NCBI GenBank assembly: GCA_016206785.1
Contig: JACQQV010000021.1
Location: forward strand, 63,509-127,508
Reading direction: 5' to 3'
Length of the DNA stretch: 64,000 nt
Origin: Candidatus Omnitrophota bacterium
Lineage (GTDB): Bacteria; Omnitrophota; Gorgyraeia; JACQQV01
This document shows positions 1 to 8,278 of the stretch, piece after piece. The notes beneath the pieces were generated by a model, which saw only the letters and a list, made by a program, of their open reading frames with translations, searched no databases and was not told the origin of the DNA. Each line of letters begins with the position of its first letter. The stretch's first letter is position 1. Position numbers and translations under genes: made by a program.

Positions 1-46
1 TCGTCCACACCCTTCAGTTTTTCATTGAGGAGAAATGGCCACTCCC

Positions 47-1844
47 CTAGGAGGGAATCGAAAAGAGTTGCCAGAAGCGCTCCGACGCCCTGATAATAGA
101 GGGGAAGGAGTTCTTCTTGAAATCGATTTTCAATATCGCGGTGACGTTTCATTTTGTCAAGAAAGGAATCAGCAAATGGATATCCCCAGGCATGCTTTCC
201 GAGAGCGTAAACCAGGGCCTTCTGGTTTTGGGGGGAGACGCTCTCTACCTGTCTCAAGACATATCCGAATATTCGATCCTGTTTCAAACGCATCCGAAAG
301 GGTAAACCTTCAAGAGATCCTATGAGTCCCTCGACGAAATAAGGCTGATCTTCTTGACCCAGAGAACTCGCCCAATAATCGATCCTCTTCAAGAAAGCCT
401 TCTCGGAAGAACTCCACGCATTGCCGATCTCCTTAAGATAAAAAGGTTGATACATCCTGTCTAACTGTTTGACCCAAAGGAAAAGTTTTTCGAGATTTTC
501 CAGTGTCTCAGGGCGATAGACCATGTCTTGGCTTAAACCAAGATGGAAGTCGAACCGTTCGGAAGGAGATAAGCGCATATCCAATGCCTTTATTAAGTCT
601 GAAAGTTGGTTAAGATCCTGACCATGGCGATACGCAAGGGCCCACCCCAATTGACGATAGGAATACCCTCGATGCTTCAAGGAAAGGGCGAATTCTTTGA
701 ACCTCAGGAGATTCAGTTCACCCACACATCCCATCCCTAAAAGCAAAATAAGAATACCCAAAGAGACCTTTTGAAAGATTCTTGAGAAGTTTCCTAAACG
801 GACAAGTGCCAGAGCGATCACAGCAAAGAAAAAAGGAAAAAGAGGAACATAATAGCGGAATTCATAGATCCCCAGATGGAATCGACTGAGGCTTGCAGCG
901 GATAGGAAGAAGAGGGGGAACAGAAAAAAGAAATAAATTTTTTTATTCTCCTTTTCAAACTGGCAGAGGATGCCATAAGAAAAAAAGAGGGCGGCGTAAT
1001 AGACGATGTTGAAAAGTGTTATATGCGATAAGACATGGGTTCCTTCTCGATAATTGAAGGAAAAGAGTTGTATCAAACGAAGCGTCGCCAGTTTCAAGAA
1101 ACGAAAAGGAATAATCAGGGGCCGTTCCACAGAAGAATAGACAAAAGCCTCCTTGACACGATCGAAGCCATGAAAACCATAGAGGCCATTATAGAGTAGC
1201 CAGGGACTGAAACCGACGAGAAAAAAAAGGAGGAAAAGATAAAATTCTTTTTTTCGGAAGAGCCTTCGATCCTCGTAGCACCAGAAGAGAATAAAGCATG
1301 CGAGACTGACGACCTGCTGATAACTGAAATAAGTGCCGAATCCTTCTACAAGACCTAACCAGGCTGCACAACGCAGAGAATGTTTTCCATCGTACAGAAT
1401 ACGAAAGAGGAAGAAGAGTCCGAGTGCCGTAAAAAGAAGGGATTCGGCATGAACCCCCATTGCATACATCGCATAGAGGGTAAGATACGGAGGTGAAAAA
1501 AGGTAAAGGAGCGCTATATAAAGAGCTGCTTTCCTTCCAAAAAAGCGCTTCATGAACAGAGCCCATGTGAGGAACGTCCCCAATTGGAAAAAGAGGGCCG
1601 TCAGGCGAAGGACAAAAACACTTTTCCCAAAGACAAGAAACGAGGGGACCGTCAGGACTCCATAGACCAGGCTCCCGCCACTGTAGTGATCTGCAGCATA
1701 ATCAAAAAAGGGGATCTTTAATCCCTGGATGAGTTCTTTGGCAATGGTTCCTCGCTGGAGTTCTTCTGTGAAAGGCTCTGGGAAACAGTAAAGAAGGTGG
1801 AGAATTCGGGTGAGCAGAAAAACAATGGCGAGAAGAAAAATCAT
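47..1844 (-). CDS. GT-C fold membrane glycosyltransferase (ArnT/PMT-like, GT39/GT83-type), ~599 aa; absent from the supplied ORF track
   Basis: Manual minus-strand translation from ATG (revcomp of cat 1842-1844) to TAG (47-49) gives an uninterrupted ORF: MIFLLAIVFLLTRILHLLYCFPEPFTEELQRGTIAKELIQGLKIPFFDYAADHYSGGSLVYGVLTVPSFLVFGKSVFVLRLTALFFQLGTFLTWALFMKRFFGRKAALYIALLYLFSPPYLTLYAMYAMGVHAESLLF... It has at least 10 hydrophobic helices. The N-terminal region resembles ArnT/PMT-family polyprenyl-phosphate-sugar transferases. Its start abuts the stop of the upstream rSAM gene (TAAATG). Confidence 0.7.
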
Positions 1845-2930
1845 TTACGGGGCGGGTCGTCTCAAGCGCTCCTCGGCCAGAGCGAGCGCTTCGTAGTAAG
1901 GAACAGGGGCATCGAAGTTGTCCGCCTCCCCCCATCCATCCCGAGGGCAGCCACGGTAAAGGGGATGAAGACTTTTTCCGTCGGAAGGCTCTTTTTTCGC
2001 ATAAGCATCAAACCAATCAAGAAGGGTGCGCCACCCCTCGTGAACGGTTCCCTTCATTAGATTATACTTAGGGAAAGGAAAACTGACGCAAAAATTCATC
2101 TCCCCATAGGGAGTAATCGCGCAGGAGTTTTGGGCAGCCCGGCAATTCATCCGCCCTTTCCATCGCCTCGGTCCTTCCTCTCCTTTCTCGAGCGGTTTGT
2201 GGTAAACAAGAGGAAGGGGATCTTGAAGAAGTTGAGCCGCTTTGTCAGGATCGAGGCGGTAAACAAGCGGCTCGAGTGAACCGTCCGACTTGGGATGAAT
2301 TACGGTACTGGTTACGGCTCGGATTCCCCACCCCTTGGCCATCGCCTGCATCCTCTCCACTTCCTCAACGTTCACAGTCATGGCAGGAATGATGAGCGTT
2401 ACGGGGATCTTCTTCTTGATCAACCGCTCAATTCCAGAGATACATTTAGAGAAGGAGCCTGGAACAGAGGTCACTCTTTCATAAATCTTCCTTGTCGCTC
2501 CATAAAGTGAGAGGTCGACCTCCAGAGGAAGGAGAGATTGGAGACAATCGGCAATTTCCTCTGTCAGGAAGGTCCCATTTGTTTTCAGGGTAACGGCGAA
2601 TCCCTCCTCTTTAGCGCGAGTCAAAATGTCAAGAAAGTCTCTCCGCGTAAACATCTCTCCGCCTGTCAGGGTTAAAGAAAGGCATCCTTCTGTTCGGAGT
2701 TCTTTAAAAATAGAAATGATTTTCTCCGTCGGCATCTCCTCTTTCTTGGCCCTATGGGTAGGATTATAGCAATGGACGCAGCGGAGATTGCACCCGTAGG
2801 TCAGTTCCATAGTCGCCTCTAAAAGGGTCCGTGAGGATTCTGTTTTGCTAACGACGTTATCCCAAAACTCGATAGGAGAACGCTCCGGGATCGAAGGGGT
2901 TTTAGGATCTAGCGAGGGCATAGGCTTCAT
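1845..2930 (-). CDS. radical SAM/SPASM-domain peptide maturase-like protein (PqqE/MftC-like), 361 aa
   Basis: ORF track. Carries the CxxxCxxC motif LTYGCNLRCVHCYNP and a C-terminal Cys-rich SPASM-like region (CRAAQNSCAITPYGEMNFC). Paralogous to the two rSAM genes at 4040-6087. Confidence 0.8.
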   Translation of the reverse strand: MKPMPSLDPKTPSIPERSPIEFWDNVVSKTESSRTLLEATMELTYGCNLRCVHCYNPTHRAKKEEMPTEKIISIFKELRTEGCLSLTLTGGEMFTRRDFLDILTRAKEEGFAVTLKTNGTFLTEEIADCLQSLLPLEVDLSLYGATRKIYERVTSVPGSFSKCISGIERLIKKKIPVTLIIPAMTVNVEEVERMQAMAKGWGIRAVTSTVIHPKSDGSLEPLVYRLDPDKAAQLLQDPLPLVYHKPLEKGEEGPRRWKGRMNCRAAQNSCAITPYGEMNFCVSFPFPKYNLMKGTVHEGWRTLLDWFDAYAKKEPSDGKSLHPLYRGCPRDGWGEADNFDAPVPYYEALALAEERLRRPAP

Positions 2931-3831
2931 CAGGACGCGCCGCCTCCTTTAGAAAAGAAATAGCGCTTTGTTCTTTCACAAATCCGAATTGATAGCATGG
3001 GACACTCGAAAAAAGCTCTTCACAGAAGGCGAGCGCTTTTTGAATCCGTCCGCCATCCCAGTGTGGGAGGAAAAGTTGTGGGAGAAGAACCTCTGGGAAG
3101 TCTGACAGTGAAAGAGGCTTAAGAGAATTCTGAGAAGCGTGCTGAAGAAAAAAAAGTCCCCTAAGAGGCGCCGATTCTTGAGAGATTCGGAATGTATCCC
3201 CTGGCCACGGAGTTCCATGAAGGAAAAAAGAAGCGCCATCCTTTCGAATAATGACGGTCTCATCGCTCAAGATAGAAACGCCTCCTGTTCCAAGAAACAG
3301 ATGCGCAAGCGTACTCTTTCCCGAGCCAGAAGGACCCACAAAAGCTCTTCCCTCTCCCCCTTCTCGAATCCCAAGTCCATGGACAACGACCCCCTCTCCT
3401 TGACTTAAGAGGTGCACAAGAAGAATCTGCCCTAAGGGCTTCATAAATTCTGTAAAGGGCCAGCGGGGCTTTATCGGCGGAAAGAGTCTATGGAGAGGTC
3501 CAGAAACCCATCCAGGGGCAGCATAGACTTCACCTTCCGAGAAATCTTTCGTAAGGTGAGCAAGGAACTGTCTCTGCTTTGTCTTTGAATGAAAGGTTTC
3601 GATCCAATAATGGCCATCGCTTTCGTAAAGGGCCCAATGGTCTTTCAGTTCAAAAAGGACCCTTTCTTTTAAGAAATCGGGGAAACCGTTCTCGCAATGA
3701 ACCGTCAGATGAACCCTTGGTTTCCCCCGAAGAGGAAAAAGATCGTACCTGAAGGGAAAATCTCGTGGATGAGAATTTTCCCACTCAATGTGAAATCCAA
3801 TTCCTCCGATTTCGAGACTGAAAGAAGGCAT
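2902..3831 (-). CDS. HPr kinase C-domain-like P-loop protein (HprK-related kinase, as found in PqqD/lasso-peptide-kinase contexts), 309 aa
   Basis: The C-terminal half carries VVHGLGIREGGEGRAFVGPSGSGKSTLAH, which resembles the HprK P-loop GxSGxGKS(E/T). There is no N-terminal HPr-kinase regulatory domain. It lies 8 nt downstream of the candidate precursor ORF. Confidence 0.6.
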   Translation of the reverse strand: MPSFSLEIGGIGFHIEWENSHPRDFPFRYDLFPLRGKPRVHLTVHCENGFPDFLKERVLFELKDHWALYESDGHYWIETFHSKTKQRQFLAHLTKDFSEGEVYAAPGWVSGPLHRLFPPIKPRWPFTEFMKPLGQILLVHLLSQGEGVVVHGLGIREGGEGRAFVGPSGSGKSTLAHLFLGTGGVSILSDETVIIRKDGASFFLHGTPWPGDTFRISQESAPLRGLFFLQHASQNSLKPLSLSDFPEVLLPQLFLPHWDGGRIQKALAFCEELFSSVPCYQFGFVKEQSAISFLKEAARPDEAYALARS

Positions 3832-3842
3832 CTAAGGGGTAC

Positions 3843-4034
3843 CTAAGACGAGATCGCGCTGTTTCCCTGCGTTCTACTCCAACTTCGGCATCCATTTGCC
3901 CTACAGGTATTCGTACCGCTGTCAGAAGCAGAGGTCCCATTGGTGGCGCACTGAGAGAGGATCGCCTGTTCATGGTTTAACCGGATTCTAAAAATTTTCG
4001 GTGTTTCATACATCCTTTTCATTGTCTCTTCCAT
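3843..4034 (-). CDS. candidate RiPP precursor peptide, 63 aa (MEETMKRMYETPKIFRIRLNHEQAILSQCATNGTSASDSGTNTCRANGCRSWSRTQGNSAISS)
   Basis: A small ORF wedged between the rSAM gene (ends 4040) and the HprK-like gene (starts 3831). Minus-strand upstream sequence is gataAGAAGGAGGTaaagacaATG, a near-perfect Shine-Dalgarno about 7 nt before the ATG. The peptide has a charged leader-like N-terminus, then a Ser/Thr/Gly/Asn-rich segment with 3 Cys, and ends in Ser-Ser. Confidence 0.45.
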   Translation of the reverse strand: MEETMKRMYETPKIFRIRLNHEQAILSQCATNGTSASDSGTNTCRANGCRSWSRTQGNSAISS

Positions 4035-4039
4035 TGTCT

Positions 4040-5119
4040 TTACCTCCTTCTTATCTTTTCAGCCAAAAGATGCGCTGTCTGACAGAAATGATCGACCGGC
4101 ATCTCACTCTCTCCATTTTCAAAACGTGCCGGAAAAGGCATCTTCCCGCACATCGAATAGACCGTACACTGCCGACAGGGCGAATCGGTTTGATAGGTCA
4201 TTGTACGAATTTTTGGAAAAACTTCTTGGATCGCTTCCTGAAAGGAGTAATGTTTTAATGAAACTCTCGGCTCCCCAATAAAAGTACACGTTCCAAGCTC
4301 TCCCCAAGCCGAAACATGAAACGTATTGGTCCCGCAACCGCAGCGGTAAAGCCGATCGGTCGGCTCATCCGAAATTTCCACACAACGATCCTCGGTATCT
4401 ATGTCCTCGCCATTTATTTCAAGTTCAACAATTTCCTCTGGAGTGAGTCGATAGGCGCAGGGCTTCAAAGAACCATTCAAATCAGGATAGATATCGGTAC
4501 TGAAACGGAACTCCAGCCCGAAACTTTCGACCAGTTCTTTAATCTCATGGAGCCTTCCCCTGTTGAGCGTCATCGCTTTTGTTTTCACCTTGACCGGAAG
4601 TTTCCGTTCCACAAGAAGCCGCAATCCTTCAACAAATCGCTTGAAGGATCCGGGAACCTGAGTCACCGCGTCGAAAACCTCTTCCGTTCCTCCGTGGCAA
4701 CTCGTCTCAATCAAAAAAGGTGGGTCCTTCGCAAGCCGATCCGCAATCTCGGGAGTGATTATGGTGACATTCGTAAAAAGAATGAGAAGAAATCCTTTTT
4801 TCTTTGCATAGTCATAAATATCAAAAAAGTCCTTCCGCATGAAGATTTCGCCACCCGTAAGACAAAGCCAGAGACACCCCGCTTCATGGATTTCATCGAT
4901 CATCCGAAGGACCTCTTCATAAGAAAGCTCTTTTTGAATGTCCTGAGGGTTATTGTGGCAGTCGGTATAGCAGTGGACACAACGGATATTGCATTTATAG
5001 GTAAGTTCGATCTGGCCCCGGATTGGCATCCTTAAGTCATATCCCTTGTCATTGATCGCACTGCTGAAATCATGATACTCTATCTCAGGAATCGTTTCCT
5101 TCATCTTAAGGCCTCTCAC
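4040..5119 (-). CDS. radical SAM/SPASM-domain protein, 359 aa
   Basis: ORF track. Carries IELTYKCNIRCVHCYTD (CxxxCxxC) and SPASM-like C-terminal cysteines (CRQCTVYSMCGKMPF, CGCGTNTFHVSAWGELGTCTF). Confidence 0.8.
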   Translation of the reverse strand: MRGLKMKETIPEIEYHDFSSAINDKGYDLRMPIRGQIELTYKCNIRCVHCYTDCHNNPQDIQKELSYEEVLRMIDEIHEAGCLWLCLTGGEIFMRKDFFDIYDYAKKKGFLLILFTNVTIITPEIADRLAKDPPFLIETSCHGGTEEVFDAVTQVPGSFKRFVEGLRLLVERKLPVKVKTKAMTLNRGRLHEIKELVESFGLEFRFSTDIYPDLNGSLKPCAYRLTPEEIVELEINGEDIDTEDRCVEISDEPTDRLYRCGCGTNTFHVSAWGELGTCTFIGEPRVSLKHYSFQEAIQEVFPKIRTMTYQTDSPCRQCTVYSMCGKMPFPARFENGESEMPVDHFCQTAHLLAEKIRRR

Positions 5120-6087
5120 GGAGTTGAAGAAACCGCTTTGATTGGGATAAATCCGTTCTTCTTGAACATAAACTCCTTTTTAGGAAACCGGCATGGAAAA
5201 TGGGGAAGGTGATTGTAAAATCCATCGTGAAAAGAACCTTTTCGAAGGTCGTAACCCTTCATCCGGTTCCCGGAACAGAGTTGAAGCATCCCATACGCAT
5301 CGATATGAAAATTAAAGAAGCCTGATTCGCATTGGTAGGTTTCTGCCTCTCGTAATTGGATTTCCTTTTCCCGAAGCATCTGCGGATCTTTTTCCTCGAT
5401 CTCTCTCAGTTCTTTTTCAGAAAGTTGATATTCAAAAACATCCTCTGAGCCATCCAGGCGGTTCCGGATCTCCTCGCCAAATTTGAAGGAAACGTTTCCC
5501 AGACCCTTCACAAAAGCCCTGATCTTCAGAATCTCATCCCGATTCACCGTGAGTCCCGTCACCTTCAAAACAAGGTGGAGGTTTCTTTCTAAAAGAAGGT
5601 TGATCGCCCGTAATACTTTCTGAAAAGAGCCTTCTCCCTGCGTCACCTTTTCAAAAATCTCTTTCGATGTGGCATGAAGACTGATCTCGACGGAAAAAGG
5701 AGGATTTTCTTTCAGAAAATCGGAAACCTCCTCGGTAATCAAGGACCCATTGGTAAAAAGGGTGATTAAAAATCCCTTGTCCTTGGCAACCTTATAGATC
5801 TGGAAAAAATCTTTTCGCATAAAGATTTCGCCACCCGTCAAGGTAAGCCAAAGACATCCTCCTTTATGAAGTTCACCTAAGATCCGTAGGACTTCCTCAG
5901 TTTGAAGTTCTTTGGGAAAATATTGAGGATGATTATAGACATCTGTGTAGCAATGGATACAGTGAAGATTGCAGCGGCAAGTCAATTCCCATTGTCCGAT
6001 AAGAGGGAGTCTTCCCCTCTCACTCTTTGCGACGAGCCGCTTGAAAAACTCACGATCCGTAACAGAAGAAAGAAAATCGCATGCCAC
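5116..6087 (-). CDS. radical SAM/SPASM-domain protein, 323 aa
   Basis: ORF track. Carries WELTCRCNLHCIHCYTD (CxxxCxxC) and C-terminal Cys residues (CESGFFNFHIDAYGMLQLCSGNRMKGYD). It overlaps the downstream paralogue by 4 nt, which suggests translational coupling. Confidence 0.8.
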   Translation of the reverse strand: MACDFLSSVTDREFFKRLVAKSERGRLPLIGQWELTCRCNLHCIHCYTDVYNHPQYFPKELQTEEVLRILGELHKGGCLWLTLTGGEIFMRKDFFQIYKVAKDKGFLITLFTNGSLITEEVSDFLKENPPFSVEISLHATSKEIFEKVTQGEGSFQKVLRAINLLLERNLHLVLKVTGLTVNRDEILKIRAFVKGLGNVSFKFGEEIRNRLDGSEDVFEYQLSEKELREIEEKDPQMLREKEIQLREAETYQCESGFFNFHIDAYGMLQLCSGNRMKGYDLRKGSFHDGFYNHLPHFPCRFPKKEFMFKKNGFIPIKAVSSTP

Positions 6088-6092
6088 CCGCT

Positions 6093-6395
6093 CTATTCTC
6101 CCTTTTCCGCACCCGCAAAATGTTTCGGCTCTATGAGTCCTTCCCTCCTCAGTTTTTTAAGGAAGGAAAGCACATCATGCTTCACCCTTTTGGGTTCTGC
6201 TTCGAAGTTTTGTTCAATGTGTGTGATAAGTTCCTGAACGGTTCTACTCCCGTCCAACGCCTCCCAGATCGCTGCGCCAACAGGAGTGAGTTTGAGGAGG
6301 TCTCCCTCATCCTGATCCACGAGGATCGCTTCTTCCTCTACCCGTCGCCAAGGAATTCTTCCATTCTTCTCGAAGATATCCGTAAGTCTAAACAT
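6093..6395 (-). CDS. PqqD-family (RRE-like) small protein, 100 aa
   Basis: MFRLTDIFEKNGRIPWRRVEEEAILVDQDEGDLLKLTPVGAAIWEALDGSRTVQELITHIEQNFEAEP... matches the PqqD/RRE pattern: P..R..GE..L......L.N..A..IW.L.DG..T..E. Confidence 0.65.
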   Translation of the reverse strand: MFRLTDIFEKNGRIPWRRVEEEAILVDQDEGDLLKLTPVGAAIWEALDGSRTVQELITHIEQNFEAEPKRVKHDVLSFLKKLRREGLIEPKHFAGAEKGE

Positions 6396-7947
6396 GAAAA
6401 TGGATGAGGCGTAAAAAATAATTTTTTGTCTCTAGCCAAAGAAGAAAAAGGATTTTCCTTGCTTCTCTTCCCATTTTGTAGGTGAGGCCCTCACGAAAAT
6501 AGATCCAAAAAAGACGGAGATGTAGAAGTAAGGGATGGAAACCGAGACGCGCCGCTTCAAGTAGGTTCTCTTTTGCCAGACGAGACTCTTTTTTCTTGAG
6601 AAAGGCGGAACCGATCCAGAATTTCAGAATCGCCTCCGGCCCTTTGAGTTCGAGCGACTTCCGGAAAGCACTCAGGGCTCTATCCCACTCTCCCTGCTCG
6701 AAAAAAAGAGACCCTATCCCATAATAAGCCGTGGCCAGTCTGGGATTCTTCGAAAGGGCCTCTTCATAATAAAAGAGCGCCTGGGAAAAATCTTTCTCCG
6801 CCCTAAATGTATGGCCCAAACCGCAGAGTGCATGGGCGTGATTCGGGTCGAGGGTAAGAATCTTTTTGTACTCTTCCTCTGCCTTTTTCCATTGACCAAG
6901 ATTCTGATAGGCCGGTCCAAAATTGTTGTAGGCGGTGGCGTAGGTGGGATCCGCGGAAACCGCTTCTCGATAAAGTCGGGAGGCCTCTGTTTTCTCTCCC
7001 CTTTTTAGAAAGAGCAAAGAAAGATTGTAAAAGCTTGCAGCATCTTTTGGATTGACCCCAAGGGCCTTTCGATACTCCAAAATCGTCTCCTCCACCTTCC
7101 CCTCCTCTTCAAAGGCTTGTGCAGATCTTTTGTGATGATAAGCATCGTTTGGAGCGGAGGGGTCTCGGATAAGTTGTGCAAGGGCGTCTCCAAAATATTT
7201 ATAAGGAAGTGGAGTAAATCCCCCCTCGACAGAATAGGCAATCGTGACACAATCACTCCGGATACCCTTTGATCGCAAGGCGTCGACAACATTCTCTGGG
7301 AAGAGCCACGGTTTCTTACAGCGAGGGTCTTCATCCCCATGTTCTAAAAACCCTGAGATGAGGAAATCGGTATCAATATCAAGAAGAACCTCTTCTTCAA
7401 TAGTGGGAAGGTTCTGAAGAGTGCAGACAATCAATGGAAAGCCATAAAGTGTTGCCTGAGCCTTTGTTCCCTCAATACGGATATCGGTAAACGCTTCTGG
7501 ATGGTTTCTCCGAAATTCTCGAAAGATATAACCCATCTCTTTTTCCCAAGAAACCCCTCGGGGGGCTTCCGGGGTCGCCCAATAAAAAGCCCGAAGAAGG
7601 CCCTGCCGGAGAGCAGGGCAGATATAATTTCCGATATGGACGAAGGACTCTGTCCCTCGATCTGTGAAGTTCCAAAAGATCTTTTGTTGGGTAAGCGCTT
7701 CTAATTCTTGAGGAGAGGAGATACTGAGGAGATCGGAGAAGGACCTCTCAGGAATCCAATTGAAGTCGATGTGGGCATCGATATGGAGGAGGATGCGGTT
7801 TGAAAAGTTCCCTCTCTGCCAGGCCCAGAGGGCCTCATCATGATCTTCCATCAGGGTGACGGCAGGGAGAGGATCAATTCCTACCCGATCGTCTTGGGGA
7901 GTTGAAGACCTTCTTAAAGAAGGTTGGGTCGCTAACGCGTCGGTCAC
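6388..7947 (-). CDS. fusion protein: N-terminal UPF0489-like domain (putative metal-dependent hydrolase fold) plus C-terminal TPR repeats, 519 aa
   Basis: The N-terminus carries MEDHDEALWAW...ILLHIDAHIDFNW, which resembles the EDHHEVL...HFDSHPD signature I associate with UPF0489. The C-terminus carries at least 6 TPR-like repeats (AYNNFGPAYQNLGQWKKAEEEYKKILTLDPNHAHALCGLGHTF...). Confidence 0.6.
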   Translation of the reverse strand: MTDALATQPSLRRSSTPQDDRVGIDPLPAVTLMEDHDEALWAWQRGNFSNRILLHIDAHIDFNWIPERSFSDLLSISSPQELEALTQQKIFWNFTDRGTESFVHIGNYICPALRQGLLRAFYWATPEAPRGVSWEKEMGYIFREFRRNHPEAFTDIRIEGTKAQATLYGFPLIVCTLQNLPTIEEEVLLDIDTDFLISGFLEHGDEDPRCKKPWLFPENVVDALRSKGIRSDCVTIAYSVEGGFTPLPYKYFGDALAQLIRDPSAPNDAYHHKRSAQAFEEEGKVEETILEYRKALGVNPKDAASFYNLSLLFLKRGEKTEASRLYREAVSADPTYATAYNNFGPAYQNLGQWKKAEEEYKKILTLDPNHAHALCGLGHTFRAEKDFSQALFYYEEALSKNPRLATAYYGIGSLFFEQGEWDRALSAFRKSLELKGPEAILKFWIGSAFLKKKESRLAKENLLEAARLGFHPLLLHLRLFWIYFREGLTYKMGREARKILFLLWLETKNYFLRLIHFHV

Positions 7948-7950
7948 CGA

Positions 7951-8235
7951 TTATTTCTCTCGGATGATTCCGGTTTCCTTAAATTGCGCCAGAAGCCCCA
8001 AAAGATCTTTCTCTGCAACGTGAGGATCTATCTCAAATTCGGAGATAACCGTCTCGCAGACCTCTCGGACCGATTTCTTTCCATCAATCAGTTCCCAAAT
8101 CCTCGCCCCTACCTCATTCAACGTGAAGATGGCAGGTTCTTCCCCTAAGGTTTGACGAATAGGGACAAGGACCGTTTCTTCCGCGATTTTCCTTGATACA
8201 ATATTGGGAGATTTTTCGTAACTTGTTTCTAGCAC
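7951..8235 (-). CDS. PqqD-family (RRE-like) small protein, 94 aa
   Basis: ...PNIVSRKIAEETVLVPIRQTLGEEPAIFTLNEVGARIWELIDGKKSVREVCETV... fits the PqqD pattern. This is the second stand-alone copy in the locus. Confidence 0.65.
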   Translation of the reverse strand: MLETSYEKSPNIVSRKIAEETVLVPIRQTLGEEPAIFTLNEVGARIWELIDGKKSVREVCETVISEFEIDPHVAEKDLLGLLAQFKETGIIREK

Positions 8236-8278
8236 TGTAAATAACCTCGTTTCATCATAAAAGATTTAGACCGGTTTG

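Noticed and set aside
35-325. Plus-strand ORFs 35..325 and 117..305 at the window start
   Set aside because: They are antisense to, and wholly contained within, the long GT-C membrane-protein ORF (47..1844, minus strand). They have no RBS, and their amino-acid composition is not protein-like.
1189-1566. Minus-strand 125-aa ORF listed in the track
   Set aside because: It lies out of frame inside the GT-C gene, which reads cleanly in another minus frame. It is an overlapping-frame artefact.
3785-3973. Alternative 62-aa minus-strand ORF overlapping the candidate precursor in another frame
   Set aside because: It has no RBS and an Arg-rich, low-complexity translation. The 3843..4034 frame has the strong Shine-Dalgarno and the leader/core-like composition.
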